Positions 37,198-51,339 of a stretch of 64,000 bases of DNA are shown here, in pieces. Location: positions 123,070,001 through 123,134,000 of the forward strand of contig OZ024741.1 of NCBI GenBank assembly GCA_964016885.1, in the 5' to 3' direction. The stretch comes from Eledone cirrhosa (lineage: Eukaryota). The notes below the pieces were generated by a model. The model had not been told where the DNA came from and made no database searches. It saw only the letters and a list, made by a program, of their open reading frames with translations. The position numbers and the translations under genes are program-made. The number at the start of each line of letters is the position of its first letter. The first letter of the stretch is position 1.

Positions 37198-40100
37198 ATG
37201 GATGTGTTAAGAGTAGGATGTTTGAATGCACGTGGCCTGGGCTCAACTTGGTAGCAAGCAAAGCTTCTAAATGACCTCAGGTCATGTAGTATAAATGTAA
37301 TGGTTATCTGTGAGACTCGAATCAGCGTCATGCGGCAGCTGGCCCCCACCTTCGATGACTTTGAGGTGCATGCATCTCTCTGTCAACCTGGAGGTGTGGG
37401 TGGGGTTGTCGTGCTGCTGCAAAAACACCTGGGTCTTGCCGTACAGGTTGTGCACTCGGACCCGGAGGGTCGTTTGTTGGTGCTAGACGTTGGCAGTAGT
37501 GAAAGTGCGGCCTTGAGACTGGTCGCCGTCTACTCCCCTTTCGGAGCTGAACGGCCCGACTTCTTCCAGCGTTTGGAGACTTTTCTGGGAGCGTCGCGTT
37601 CCCTGCTTCTAGCGGGGGATTGGAATGACATCCTGGATGCACGTTGGGACTATGCAGGAGCATGTCCTAATAGAGGGGGGTGTAACAGCCTCAAGGGGTT
37701 ACTCGACCGTTTTAACTTGGTCGATAGATATCGACTAGATTTTCCAACTGTGCCTACCTGGACTTGGAGAAACCATAGTGGTCAATCTAGATCGTACTTA
37801 GATAGATTCTTAGTTAGAAGTAAGGATAGGGACATATTAAGCTGTCCAGAAATGCGCACGGTTGGCTACACGGATCACAAATTAGTGACCTGCGTGGTCA
37901 ATCTCGAGAAAACACATAGACAGGGTCCCGGTTACTGGAAACTTAATTTGTCTTTACCGGCAAAAGAGACTTACAGAAACCGGATTAGCAGATTAGTTAA
38001 GGAGAGGTTGACGGGTGCAATCGTCAACAACCGATGGTGGGCATCTCTCAAAAGAGAGATTAGAACAGAATCAATAAGTTATAGCAAGATGTTAGCTGCC
38101 AATAGGAATAGAAACGAGAAAGAATTAACAGGTAAATTAGAAGAGGCAATCAAGAGCGAAGATGTGGCCAGAGTGCTGGCATCGAGGACGGCCTTGAACC
38201 AGTTTTTCGATGCAAAGCATGAAGGCTGCGTCATTCGAAGTAAAATACGTGCTCTAGGTAATGAGGGGGCCAAAGCCATTGGATGGGCCCGCGTGACAGA
38301 AGCTAAGAGTGGAAATCGATCCACCATCCGGTCGTTGCAAGACGAAGATGGACGAGTGATCCGGGAGCCTAAGCAGATGTGCGAGGCCTTTCAAAAGCAC
38401 TTTGCCCGATTGTTCGGGGGAGGCGAGGGTCCGGGCCGGGGCGTGGATTTCGGTCCATACCTCGACGGCCTGCCGCGTCTCTCGAACAAAGAGGCAGAGT
38501 CCTGCGAGGGACCAATCTCGGCTGATGAGATCGGAGATGCGCTGAGCCAATGCAGCAGACGCAAATCTCCAGGTCTCGATGGTATACCTTACGAACTTTA
38601 TTTAGCAATGCCGGTCTTCTTCTCCGAACTCCTCGAAGCGGTCTACTGCAATTGGCAGCAGAACGGGAGAATTCCTTGTTCTGTAGCCAAGGGCGTAGTC
38701 ACGCTGGTGAGGAAGGACGAGAACAAGGGGGATAGTATAAATAATTTTCGGCCCATAACCCTGCTAAACACAGAGTTAAAGATTTTGGCCAAGGTGTTAG
38801 CAAAGAGGTTGGCGCTTGTCGTGGGTGGCCTGGTGGGAGATGCGCAGACATGTGCTATCCCATCCAGGTCCATTCACGATAACCTCCACCTCATGCGATA
38901 CATCATAGAGAGGGTTGGCAACAAACCCGGCTTCGGTGGGGCCCTGATCAACTTGGATCAGTCTAAGGCCTTCGATAGGGTCGACCATGGTTACCTGGAT
39001 GCGGTGCTAGCGGCGGCTGGGTTCGGTCCTGTTTTCAGAGGCTGGATCACTGCCCTACATAGCAACCACATCTGTTCTAGGATCAAGGTGAACGGCTACC
39101 TTTCGAAGCCGTTCGAAATCACACGATCCATTCAACAGGGGTGCCCTCTCTCCTCCCTTCTGTACGTATTGACTCTCGAGCCTTTACTGAGGAAGTTGGA
39201 GTTGTTGCAGGGTATCCCCCTGGAACCAGGATTGAGCAAAGCGGTGTCGGCCTACGCCGATGACGTAACAGTAATGGTATCAACCGACTCGGAGATCGAG
39301 GCGATCGGTACCTTACTGGAGGAGTACGAAAGGTTGTCAGGAGCGAAACTGAACCGGGAAAAATCCATCGGGCTGCAACTCGGAACGTGGAGAGGCAAAC
39401 CGATGCCTCCTGACGGTGTCGTCGGACACTGGACGGAGGGCCCGGTAAAGTTGCTTGGGGTCTGGTTTGGACCGGACCTCCAGGTGGAAAAGAACTGGAA
39501 CGAGGTTACGAACAAGGTGTTTGCACTAACCCAGAAATGGGCCAAGTGTAAGCTGTCCCTAAAAGGCCGGGCGGAGGTAGCGAACATTTACATAGCGTCC
39601 GTCACTTACTACCGCCTGACTGTCGTGCCTTGCCCTAAGGAAACACTCACCACCATGGAACGCATGCTCTTCCAATTTCTTTGGAAGAAGCGTCCTCCTA
39701 TGGTGAGAAGATCCATCTGCTGCCAACAACCTTCGAAAGGAGGGCTGGGGATGCCGTGGTTGATGATGCGTAGGCACGCATTAAGGCTACGGCACCTACA
39801 GGTATTCCTCACTGGTCAACCGGTGTGGGCTCCGTTCGTGAAACGAGCCTTTCCGAGACTCGTCTCACTCACCGAGCTACAGTCCTGGGTCAAGCAAAGA
39901 TCCGGAAAACTGGGAGACTGGCACACTGAGTGTGCTCAGGCGCTCAGGGCTCTCTGGCAAGCGGGCCAGGCCATCGGTGGAGAATCCACCTCATCATTCT
40001 ATAGAGGGCTGGTGGCTAGCAGGGGCGATGACACCCTTGGAGAGTCGCTGGACATGGAGGAAGACGAACTGGCCAGCCTGTTCGGTAGGACTTTCGGCCC

Positions 40101-40635
40101 AGGACCAATGGACAACTTCCAGAAGTCACTGGCCTGGCAGTGCTACCGAGGGGCTCTACCCGTTCGAGAGAGGCTCTACAGACACGGGCGCCCGGGCAGG
40201 GATCCCTCAAAAAAGATTTGCCCTAGATGCGTGCGTCACGAAGAAACCGTAGCGCACGCATTGGTGCAATGTCCGGGCGTGGCTGATCTGTGGGGCTACG
40301 CCGAACAACTGCTGTCGCGGGTGGCGCCGATTAAATTGACCGCCGAGTCCGTGATGACAATCAAACCGCCTCCCCTCTTCACAAAGGAAGCAAAGGCGGT
40401 TTTTCTGTGCGTAATAGCCATGTTGAAAGAGGTTGTTTGGTGGACACGATTGAAAGGTCTGAGGTCAGGCAACTTCCTCTCTGGCCATAGTCTGGTCTAC
40501 TTCTTCCGATATCACTTCGGAAGAAGGATAAGAATGGAGAGAGAGGTGCTTGGCCACAGGCAGTTTTATGAAAGGTGGGTGATAGTGGCGAGAATGGCTC
40601 GTGTAAATGGGCCTTCTCTGTATACCATCCTGTAG
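37198..40635 (+). pseudogene. Tx1 ORF2 (APE-RT-zinc finger), one early nonsense codon
   Basis: ATG at 37198 (MDVLRVGCLNARGL); TAG at 37252 where copy 1 has AAG; otherwise open with all RT and APE motifs. Confidence 0.92.
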
Positions 40636-41759
40636 GTAAAGAAGTAAAGGAGAGGGGAGCACCTTCTCCATGTGCTCCCCGGGCAAAAGATTGCACACTT
40701 TTTCGGGGGTGTGTGCAACCCCCATCACGTCCCCTCCCTTTTGAGGTTATTTTCGATTATTTTCATGTTACACCCTTTTTACTCGATTATATGTAAACTC
40801 CCCCTTTGTATTTGTCCCTTCTTTTTATGCCTTTATGGTAAATAAAGAAATCTATCTATCTATCTATCTATCTATCTCACTCTCTCTTCTCCACCCTAAT
40901 ATACATACTTTCCTATTCTTCATCATTACTTTATACAAATAAAATCTAATACACAAGTAAGTTCCTATTTACAGGAACATGCCAGTGGTGGCTGGCGGTC
41001 AAGTTAGTAAGTCATTCTCTCCGCATTCCAAGGTTTTACGGACGTGCGCAGGAGCAGGATTCTCAAAAGCAATGTGGTGGTAGCAGATATGGCATCTAGA
41101 TGTTTGTACCTGAAGACAAGCGACTGGTGTGGTGAGTAGAATGCCACTTCGATACAGGCAACATTGGTCAGATAATCAGATTGAAAGTGTATGTTGTAAG
41201 ACCCGAAACACCTAATTATTTCAGAATAAAATCTGATGATATGTTCAAAGATTTGTACCTGTATATTTCAAAGCTTTGTACCTGTATATTTTGCTTCTCG
41301 AAATGCTTAAAGAATGACACGCCTTCTTAAATATGTGCTACTTATCCTTGGAAACAATATGGTACTCTGCATTGTACGCTTTCATGGTTCTTTCTTCTTC
41401 TTCACGGAATTTCTCATTTCGGTGATGAGAGGCAACTTGTACAAACATATTTTGAGTTTCGTCTTTCAGCCTAATAGTGAAGATTGTACTTTTCTTCTTA
41501 TTGTCGTGTCCACGAGAGTGTCAGTTACATAGCTTGGCTAGGTGTCGTGCCGCCACAGCAGAACACATTGCTGTCCTTTCTTATTAAACTCTGCCAAGAT
41601 CAATGCTGTGGGGAGATGTTCCAGCAGGGGGAATATCTGGGGGTGCTGCGTAGTCTGTGGTTCGATGCCGCAGTAACACACACTGTTCCCATCCTTTAAA
41701 TATCCCCATTTTTCCAGTGTGACATTTGCACATCTAACACCAGCTCCTAGTCGGTTGTA

Positions 41760-43828
41760 GTATTTCCACTCTGCATAGTTTGTGTATGCTTCAGATATTT
41801 TGTCAAGGTGGCAGCTACATCATCGGGGAGTGACCACTGCCTTATCTGGAGTGGCCTTGAAAACAAGACGGGCCCCTGCGTTGGCATTAGCCATGCTGAA
41901 GCACCTCTGCAAGTCACTCATCAGCTGGAACCCGGTGAGTGATCGTCTGTTGTCCACCCATTTTTCCACCGGCACGGGAAGATGACTATCATCGTTGCCT
42001 ATGTCCCTACAGACGTCGCAGAGGACACTGTCAAGGACGACATCTACAACCAGGTTCAATAGGTCTTGGGATAAATCTTATCCCATGACATCACGATCAT
42101 CCTGATGGACACCAACGCTACCATCTATTCTTCCGCCAGGCTGCCTCCACCCGATTCATTGCAGACTCAGCTCATTGGCGCAACTTTCGCCGACCCATCC
42201 ACCAATGACAACGGTGATAACCGCCTGTTCATCTGCCATTAAGACAATCTGGATATCGCTGACATCTGGTTCCCCCTCAAACTGATCCATCAATCAGGAC
42301 GGTTACATCCGGCAGGAAATCGACCACTTTATCATCTCTCGTTACTGGAAGCCTTTTGTCACTAACGGACCGGGTCTACAGAATAGCTCAACTCTGAAAT
42401 ACTGATTATCGGTTGCTAGTTGCGACACTGAGGCTGAGGTTGAGAGCGGACCTGGCACTAAGTACCAGCTCCACCCCGACTCATATTGTCTCATCGCCTC
42501 TAAATTTGCGTGCTCCATCACCAATCGCTTCAGCGCCTGTCATGGCCGAGGATGAGTCCGACAATTGGGAAATCTTTAAATCAAGATTGAATTAATCTAC
42601 GCACGACGCCCTAGTAAATTCAAGACATCTTCCAAATAGCTCTGGATTTCATTGCCGACGCTCGAGGTAATTAACTATCACTGCAAAGCTCGCCTGTACG
42701 GCGACATGAATGAGTACCGCCGGCTCTAGCTAATACGCAACAAGGCCATCACGGATGACCGGGAGAGGTTTTGGGCGAACTCCTGGATGAAACTGCAAAG
42801 ACCAACAACTTCAGTCAACTATTCAGCACATTCCGCAGAATCCGTGCTGGTCTCCGGATCAAGACAGCCCTGGTGAAGTATACCAATGGCAACATCATCA
42901 CGACTGAAACTACCTGCCTCCAATGCTGGAAGGATCACTTCAGCCTTCTTCTACATCACCCACCGTCTCAATCGATCCCTGCCTAGCTAGCATCGCAGAC
43001 ACTGGCTAACCCTTATCATCAACCATATATCGGTGTTAGAGCGGCTTTCAAATTACTGGATCTGAGGCATTATTGCAAGACCACATTTCTGCCCTCCGCC
43101 ACATTATTGAAGGACCGCGGGAGTCCCGTAGAGACCACTGCCTCTACGTTGGATTCCTCGACCTCTTGACGGTTTTTGACATGGTCAACTATGCCTCCCC
43201 CTGGAACATTCTTCGGCTTCACAGTCGACCTTCCAGCATCACCACCCTGTTTCAACGGCTCTATAGCAGTGCCGACAACTGCGTGGGGGGTGTACGAGGG
43301 ACACCAACTGTGTCACCGAATATCTGATGACCAAGGTCTGCGAGCGAGATTCTGGCGTCAGCTTCGGGAATTACTACCTAATCTACATAAAAGAGTACAC
43401 AAAAGACACTTCCCTATTCATCAACTCGATCGTTCAGCTCAGAGACGCACTGATCATATGCCAGAAGGAATCAGCAAAGCCTGGCCTTCGGATAAGCTGG
43501 CCGTGAACAAAGCTGTGCATGTCAGCAATGGCCCAGATCCTCCCGAACTTCATATTGGCCACGAGGCAGGCCCCGCACCAGCTGGCTGAATGTCATCAGA
43601 GAAGATCTCCGGAGGCTCGTCATCACCCTGGAGGATGCAGAGGAGCTGGAATGGGACCGCCAGTGATTGCGGACGCTTATGGATCAGGTCGGCTCTACGC
43701 ACCATGATGCTTCTGGGATCACTGGCTTAGGATGACACCGGCCTCTTCGAGCAGTACAAGAAGAAGAAGAAGAAGAAGAAGAAGAAGAAGAAGAAGAAGA
43801 AGAAGAAGAAGAAGAAGAAGAAGAAGAA
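41760..43828 (+). mobile_element. Decayed, internally deleted RTE-type LINE with (GAA)n tail
   Basis: APE remnant WNPVSDRL..GKMTIIVAYVPTDVAEDTVKDDIYNQ; RT remnant DHISALRHIIE..YVGFLDLLTVFDMV; (GAA)n at 43758-43828. Confidence 0.8.
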
Positions 43829-43980
43829 AAGCAATCAGTTTGTTAACCTAGACGATTAAATACAGCAATTTAGTAATAAACATTTAACATAGGCAGCATT
43901 GTAAAAATGCATGGAAACAGTTTACACAGTGAAGCACATCTCAAACACACACACGTGCATATATTTATATACACTCACTG

Positions 43981-44017
<37 letters not shown>

Positions 44018-47000
44018 AAGAAAGGTAACGAAATTTATAAATTCTATCAACAAATTCGTTGCCATAATTTTATGGGAATGTATACGTTTCTCAAAGAATT
44101 TTGAAGATAATTCTAAAGGATTTGGTAATATTTTTAGCTTTCTAATTAATAAATTCGTGTTTATAACATGACAGAAAAAAATTTGATAGAATTTTCTTCG
44201 GTAAATATAAACGACTTAACATTAACCGTTCTGTATTGTAAAACCAAAGACTGTTTGAGGATAAGAAAAACAGTAAATCGTAATAGGGACAATAGAATTC
44301 TATTGTTATTGAATATTTAAGCATCAAATCTATTTTAACTGTTAGCACAGGATTTACAAATAATACGTAAAAACGGTAAATTACCTTCAGATTTTACCAC
44401 AATGATGACATGTTAGAATAATAGATTATTGCTAATCTGAATGAATCGTATATTTTAAACATAAATCCTATTATCGATTAAGCGAGAAGGTTAAATATAC
44501 ATTGAATTAACCTCTGTCGTTTTCGACGCTGAATTTTACAGTTGCTCGTTCAAATGATCAGCCTGCTCATGAAAGTAGCCTTGAGTATTCGTCATACACA
44601 TTTACGCTTAACTAAATTTCAGTGAAATTCAGCATGACACAATTTATGAATTACAGTTCCAGCCCATCTGACGGGTTGCAATCAGTTTCTGTCGGCCCAA
44701 TTTTACTCACAAGACATAAACAGACTCGGGGCTATGGTTAATGAATCTTGCTCAAGATTTTACACAGTGAAATCGAACCTGTGATTAAATGATTCGGAAA
44801 CGAAATACTTAAGTACTCGGCTATGCTACAAACTTAACGTACATTAAGTTTTAAATATTTCAAATCCTGAGGTCACTGAGGTCTTCGCTGCAGTGAAGAA
44901 CCTTAATATTATATAAACTTCAACATTTAAATGGCAAATAGCTGAAGATTAACATACAGTTAAACATTTTGATTGTGTTGTTGTGTTGCTTAGTCCTGTG
45001 TCAGATCTAACATAGAGGATTTAACGCCAAATGCATTCAACGTTTATATACTTTATCTATATTATCCAATGATTTCATTCTTTTTTAAAAGGTAGATTTG
45101 TAAATTCATGGAGATTAGGTTGTAACATTGACTCGTAAGTAAACACGTTTGTATTCATACAGTTCAGAAACATGTAGCCGAATTCGAAATCGAGACATCT
45201 GAATTAGTAATCTAATATAATATCAATAAGTATATTTCACTCCACGAACAGATAACATATAATATTGTATTTTCGCACATTGATTTTACTTCTAAAAGAA
45301 ATATGATTTACTAAAACTTACATCTTATAAATTATACAAGGCTCTACACCGGCAGCTGAAAATTTCAAACATCTGAGATCAAGTTGATCTTATCGATTTT
45401 TCGAATGAAATACTATAGGTCTTACGAAAGTGAAAGCAAAGGAAAAGACTGAAATGAATTCGCCTTCAGACAACAATTATACTCAGTTGCAGACAAGCTG
45501 AATTACGTTATTTTATGATTGATAAGTCGTTTAACAGGCAATACAAACAACTAGAAGCTTTATATATGAATACAAAAGTTGTTTTTATTTGAAACCAAAG
45601 TGAAGAATATTGTCATTTGCTGACGAGTTATGCAAATGAAAGTGTTACATAACATTTCAGAATTTCAGTAAATCAATATATGAACTTATATTGGTAGACC
45701 AATACTTTCGTTTTAATTTTCAAATTATGTTCAGCGTTAATACATCGCTGTAACTTTCTTTGGGGTTTTGAACAGATAGCCATGTCCCACACGGAATATT
45801 ATTTGCCAGGTATTCTTTTAACTGTATTTAAGTTGTTTTGTTTGTTTACTTGCAATATCTGAAAGAAAAGGCCGAAACCTTGGATTTCACATGCCTTTCA
45901 AGACCGAAGCTAGAGATGCCGCTTAAGCCATTGAAACAACATAAGCCCAGAGGGTTAAGAAGAACTAGTGGCATACAAATTAAAACAAAAACTTTAATCT
46001 TTATCTGTACATCATGAATACAAACAATAATTCTCTGCCCCTTATTTAAAATATAAAGCAATATAATTAGGAAACCTAATTCAATGGCTAATAAAGAATA
46101 AACAGAAGACAATATACAATGGCTTAATAGAGCATATGAATAAAGTAATGAGGATTCTAATAACTATTCATAAAATATTCATATATTATATCAATAGAAT
46201 ATGCCGGATATGTTTGATATTTTTCCTAAGAGCAGAACATTCTGGTAATGGAGGTTATAAAAGGATTCTCACGCAGAAAACAAAAGTTAATAGGCAGAAA
46301 ATTATCCATCGTTTTATATCTTCATATTGTACTTTTATTATATTTCTGACTTGAACCAAGATGAGTTATCGCTTTGAAGGATTTCATTCTATCATATTTA
46401 ACCTGGTGCTCGTAACATTGATCCCTTCTTGTCAAATACCTATATTACTGGACACAGACACAGACTCCCACCCAACGTACACACAATCACACATAAATTT
46501 ATTCATATGGGCTCTAATAAAATCCAAGCAAGTAAGGAACTCGCTCATCGTCTGCGAAGATAACCAGATTCTCTCCATCGTAAATTGATTGCGTAAAATC
46601 AATTCCTAATTTCTGGAAATTATTTATGCTTTACTTTCAATACTCACTGTTATTTAGTGATAGACATTTGTTCTTATTCTCCAGTTAAATGGGAAAGTTT
46701 AATTAATTGAATTAATGGTTAAAATCCTGAAGATTTGAGAATTTATTGCGTACTATATTGGGTATATAACCACTAAACATACCTTCAGAAATACCAGTCA
46801 GTCGCTCCCATGTTTTGTTTCACTTTAGGTCATTTTATACTTATCTATGCGGACCTCCTCTGCAGGTCGTATAGACTCTGCTTTCTTCTAGACAAACGAA
46901 GTAAAAGAAAATCTGATAAATAAGTATTTGTCGTTTCATAGATTGGCAATAGACACCTACATTGCTGTCTTTATTTTATCATTCATCAATGGACCGATGT

Positions 47001-47749
47001 AAATATATTTTTATTACCTTCGATAAAACATTAATTTACTGTCATAATAGTCCACTCTCTTCATCATTTATATATGATTTTATGTACGTTAAATTTTTGT
47101 ACAACCCATCTATAAAATAGGTCTTTCTTCACGAGATCTCAGCTACTTATTTTGAAACTACTAAAATGTGAAAACACAATTTTCGTTTTATATTTATCAG
47201 ATTGAAGTCTTAAACTTTAACTAAATATCATACGTTACGATTAATAATTACACTAAAGTTGTACGTCTGCTATAGAAAGCTAAAAAAAAAAAAAAGAAAT
47301 CATATGCAGCATTTTAAATGTCTCGAGTCTAATAAATGTTGCTTAACGAGGCCGAATATTTTGTTGATAGTCGTGTGGTATATAAATGCAAGCAGCCGAC
47401 AAAAGAAATTACCTTACAAACGATCATTATCGAGGTTTAGAGTCTTAATTTTAGACGACGCTGCATATTGTCTGGCGGATAAATTGCTTTTCTTTTGATT
47501 TCTTTTGGTTTTTGTTACTTGGGTTTTAAATAATAGTTTCCTCGTATTATTTTATTCAGTAATGCACTGGGTAATTGCTGGCCTTGTGCCTAAAGTAGAA
47601 ACAATTATTTTATTAGTTTCATTCATTAGACAGCGGCCATGCTGGGTTCCTCTCTTGTTGGGCTTCTATTTTACCGCTCTCTTTTCGTTGAACCACAACA
47701 TTCCGGGATATATGCAGACCTATTTTTACATACATACATGCATACATAG

Positions 47750-48941
<1,192 letters not shown>

Positions 48942-48945
<4 letters not shown>

Positions 48946-49280
48946 AAAAAGAGATGAAATCGAAAATGCAACTGGAGTCTTATTTTTTTTTTAAATATAT
49001 ATATTTATTTGGTTCCTTTACCGGTTTCGCAGTTCTTCTGCTTTTCAAAAGGTGAGTTGAGATGGAGGGTCTGTGGTTTTTCTCACATCTGTGAGAAAAA
49101 CCACAGACCCTCCTTTTGAAAAGCAGAAGAACTGCGAAACCGGTAAAGGAACCAAATAAATATATATATTTAAAAAAAAAATAAGACTCCAGTTGCATTT
49201 TCCATTTCATCTCTTTTTCTTTATACTTTCACTTGTGTAGGACACCTCGGTTATTTTTCATTTTGTAAAAAAACATTCAC

Positions 49281-49288
<8 letters not shown>
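48942..49288. mobile_element. ~280-bp fold-back element in (TA)n with two divergent variant hammerheads
   Basis: Palindrome 48942-49221 centred near 49088; cctt-TTGAAAA-gcag aagaa ctgc-GAAAC-CG-GTA-aagg at 49112-49149 (+) and 49015-49052 (-). Confidence 0.8.
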
Positions 49289-49362
<74 letters not shown>

Positions 49363-49365
<3 letters not shown>

Positions 49366-49552
49366 TGGTAGTTTCACCTTAACGGATCTTCAGCTCGTAA
49401 TGGACATGCTTATACTGTATGAGCTGAAGATCCGCTAAGGTGAAACAATTGTTCTCGGTATGGTGAACTAACTGTTGAGTTACCACTTCTACCTAACTCG
49501 TCCCATGGACTGAGTGCACTACCTCTACGGATATTACCTTCCTGTGTTCAAC
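49363..49552 (+). mobile_element. AATT-family fold-back pLTR fragment with an intact hammerhead
   Basis: gag-CTGAAGA-tccgctaaggt-GAAAC-AATT-GTT-ctc at 49421-49456; partial inverted copy at 49371-49396. Confidence 0.8.
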
Positions 49553-49623
<71 letters not shown>

Positions 49624-49766
49624 TGGTACCAAAGAAGTTTAGTCTACTAAATACCATAATTCATCTCACAAAAAAGTATTCACGTTCAGGGTACAATACA
49701 CGACATATTCCAACATGTCGTTAATGAGGCGAAATGAAAGTGGTGTGGGCTTTGAGGTATAAGTAG

Positions 49767-49942
49767 TTGTTTCTACTTTTGGCACAAGGCCAGCAATTAC
49801 CCAGTACATTACTGGTACTTTATTTTATCGACCCCGTAAGGATGAAAGGAAAAGTTAACCTCGACGGGATTTGAATTCAGACCGTAAAGGGAGGTAACTA
49901 TGCTGGAAAGCGTGGCGTCCGACGCTCTACCGATACTGCCAA
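49767..49942 (-). mobile_element. SINE family A
   Basis: Same consensus as 20310-20499. Confidence 0.85.
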
Positions 49943-50366
49943 TGATGGCACGTCAGAATCCTGAAAATTTCGGAGGGAGAGCTAAATATATGGGAGTTTT
50001 TGTACAAATGGGAAGTTGTAAATCAAAATACGGCACATGCCATTCTTTTTATGATAGGAAATTGAAAAGAGTCAGATAGAAATAAGAACAGTCACATTGG
50101 TGATGAGGTTGTGATGAAGTTGGTGACGAAGTTCTGAAAGCAATAAGATGGCGAATTACACAAATGTGTTATGATAGGAAAAGTTGATTTATTCTTGTTG
50201 TGGTAGACCAAAAGAAAGTTAATGGAAACTGTATTTAAATATTATATTTGGAAAAAAATGTAACAGGTTGAGTGGTAGAGGGGGTGGGGTCAGGTTATAA
50301 TTACAAATGTAAAAGGAGTGTCATGGAAAATAAGCAAGAAAGTAAAACTGATTTTTCGTTTTCCAT

Positions 50367-50402
<36 letters not shown>

Positions 50403-50413
50403 CACACATATAC

Positions 50414-50476
<63 letters not shown>

Positions 50477-50477
50477 C

Positions 50478-51054
50478 GTAGTAACACAACAGTTAGTTCC
50501 CCTCAGCGAGAACAATTGTTTCACATTAAGCGGATCTTCAGCTGGGACGGTAATGGTTATACGGAACAGGAAGAGCAACCGTATGAACGAGCCTGCGCAG
50601 AAACGCTCACTTCACCCAGGCGATACAAACCACGGGCGAAAAGTATAAGGGAGGTGGGGTCAGATTTATGGAACGCTTCCTGAACCATCAGTCGACCATT
50701 AGGTACCCGGATAAACGATCATCCACGAAGGTTGCGAGCCACGTATCGTCCCTCAAAGACTCAGGTATAGACTACTCCATTCAATGGAAAGTTAACACTA
50801 AGTCCAAGCCATACGCAAGGGACTGTGTATTGAAGACAGGATAAATATTCTAAGGAGATTACGCAATAGCGATTGCCTGAACTCAAGAAATGAAATCTTC
50901 TCACGTTGACCACATGTCTGGAAACACCTCTTGCATAAATACAAAGCTCCGGATTAAATAACAACAGCATTCTAATTTGCTAATCATCTCGAACATATTA
51001 TTCTGGACATTCGCTTACACCTTTCGCCCGTGGTTTTGTATCGCCTGGATAGTG
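50478..51054 (+). mobile_element. Truncated Penelope-like element: inverted AATT-family pLTR plus GIY-YIG C-terminus
   Basis: Hammerhead at 50508-50544 (-); 50665-50957 reads FMERFLNHQSTIR..LKDSGIDYSIQWKV..KPY, then LCIED..LNSRNEIFSR*PH; 50616-50649 is inverted at 51014-51048. Confidence 0.8.
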
Positions 51055-51293
51055 TATTGGTGTGCAACATTAACTTACTCAATGTTAAGAGGCCGGCTGT
51101 CGATGTGGCATTCTCCGTTTGGCATTGCACCCTAGTCGGTATCCTTAAGTAGCAACGTGTTAATATTAATAATAAGGAGCAAGAATGAAGTATCAATATA
51201 GCATCATGATGTTTATATGTTAAATATAATTACATTTTACACACACACACACACACACACACATACACATGCACACACACACATACACTCACA

Positions 51294-51339
<46 letters not shown>

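Larger units (their letters stand above)
35033..40850 (+). mobile_element. Full-length Tx1-clade element, copy 4 (distinct subfamily)
   Basis: ORF1 and ORF2 homologous to copy 1 but diverged; (TCTA)n at 34941-35032 and 40851-40877. Confidence 0.92.

Noticed and set aside
27808-40796. Antisense and alternate-frame ORFs over the LINEs, including the N-terminus of 33606-34676
   Set aside because: Shadow ORFs of biased or GC-rich coding sequence; 33606-34676 is read-through from 3' UTR and (TCTA)n into a truncated ORF2.
45616-45652. CTGACGA..GAAA hammerhead-like match
   Set aside because: Stems are weak and there is no repeat context; compatible with chance.
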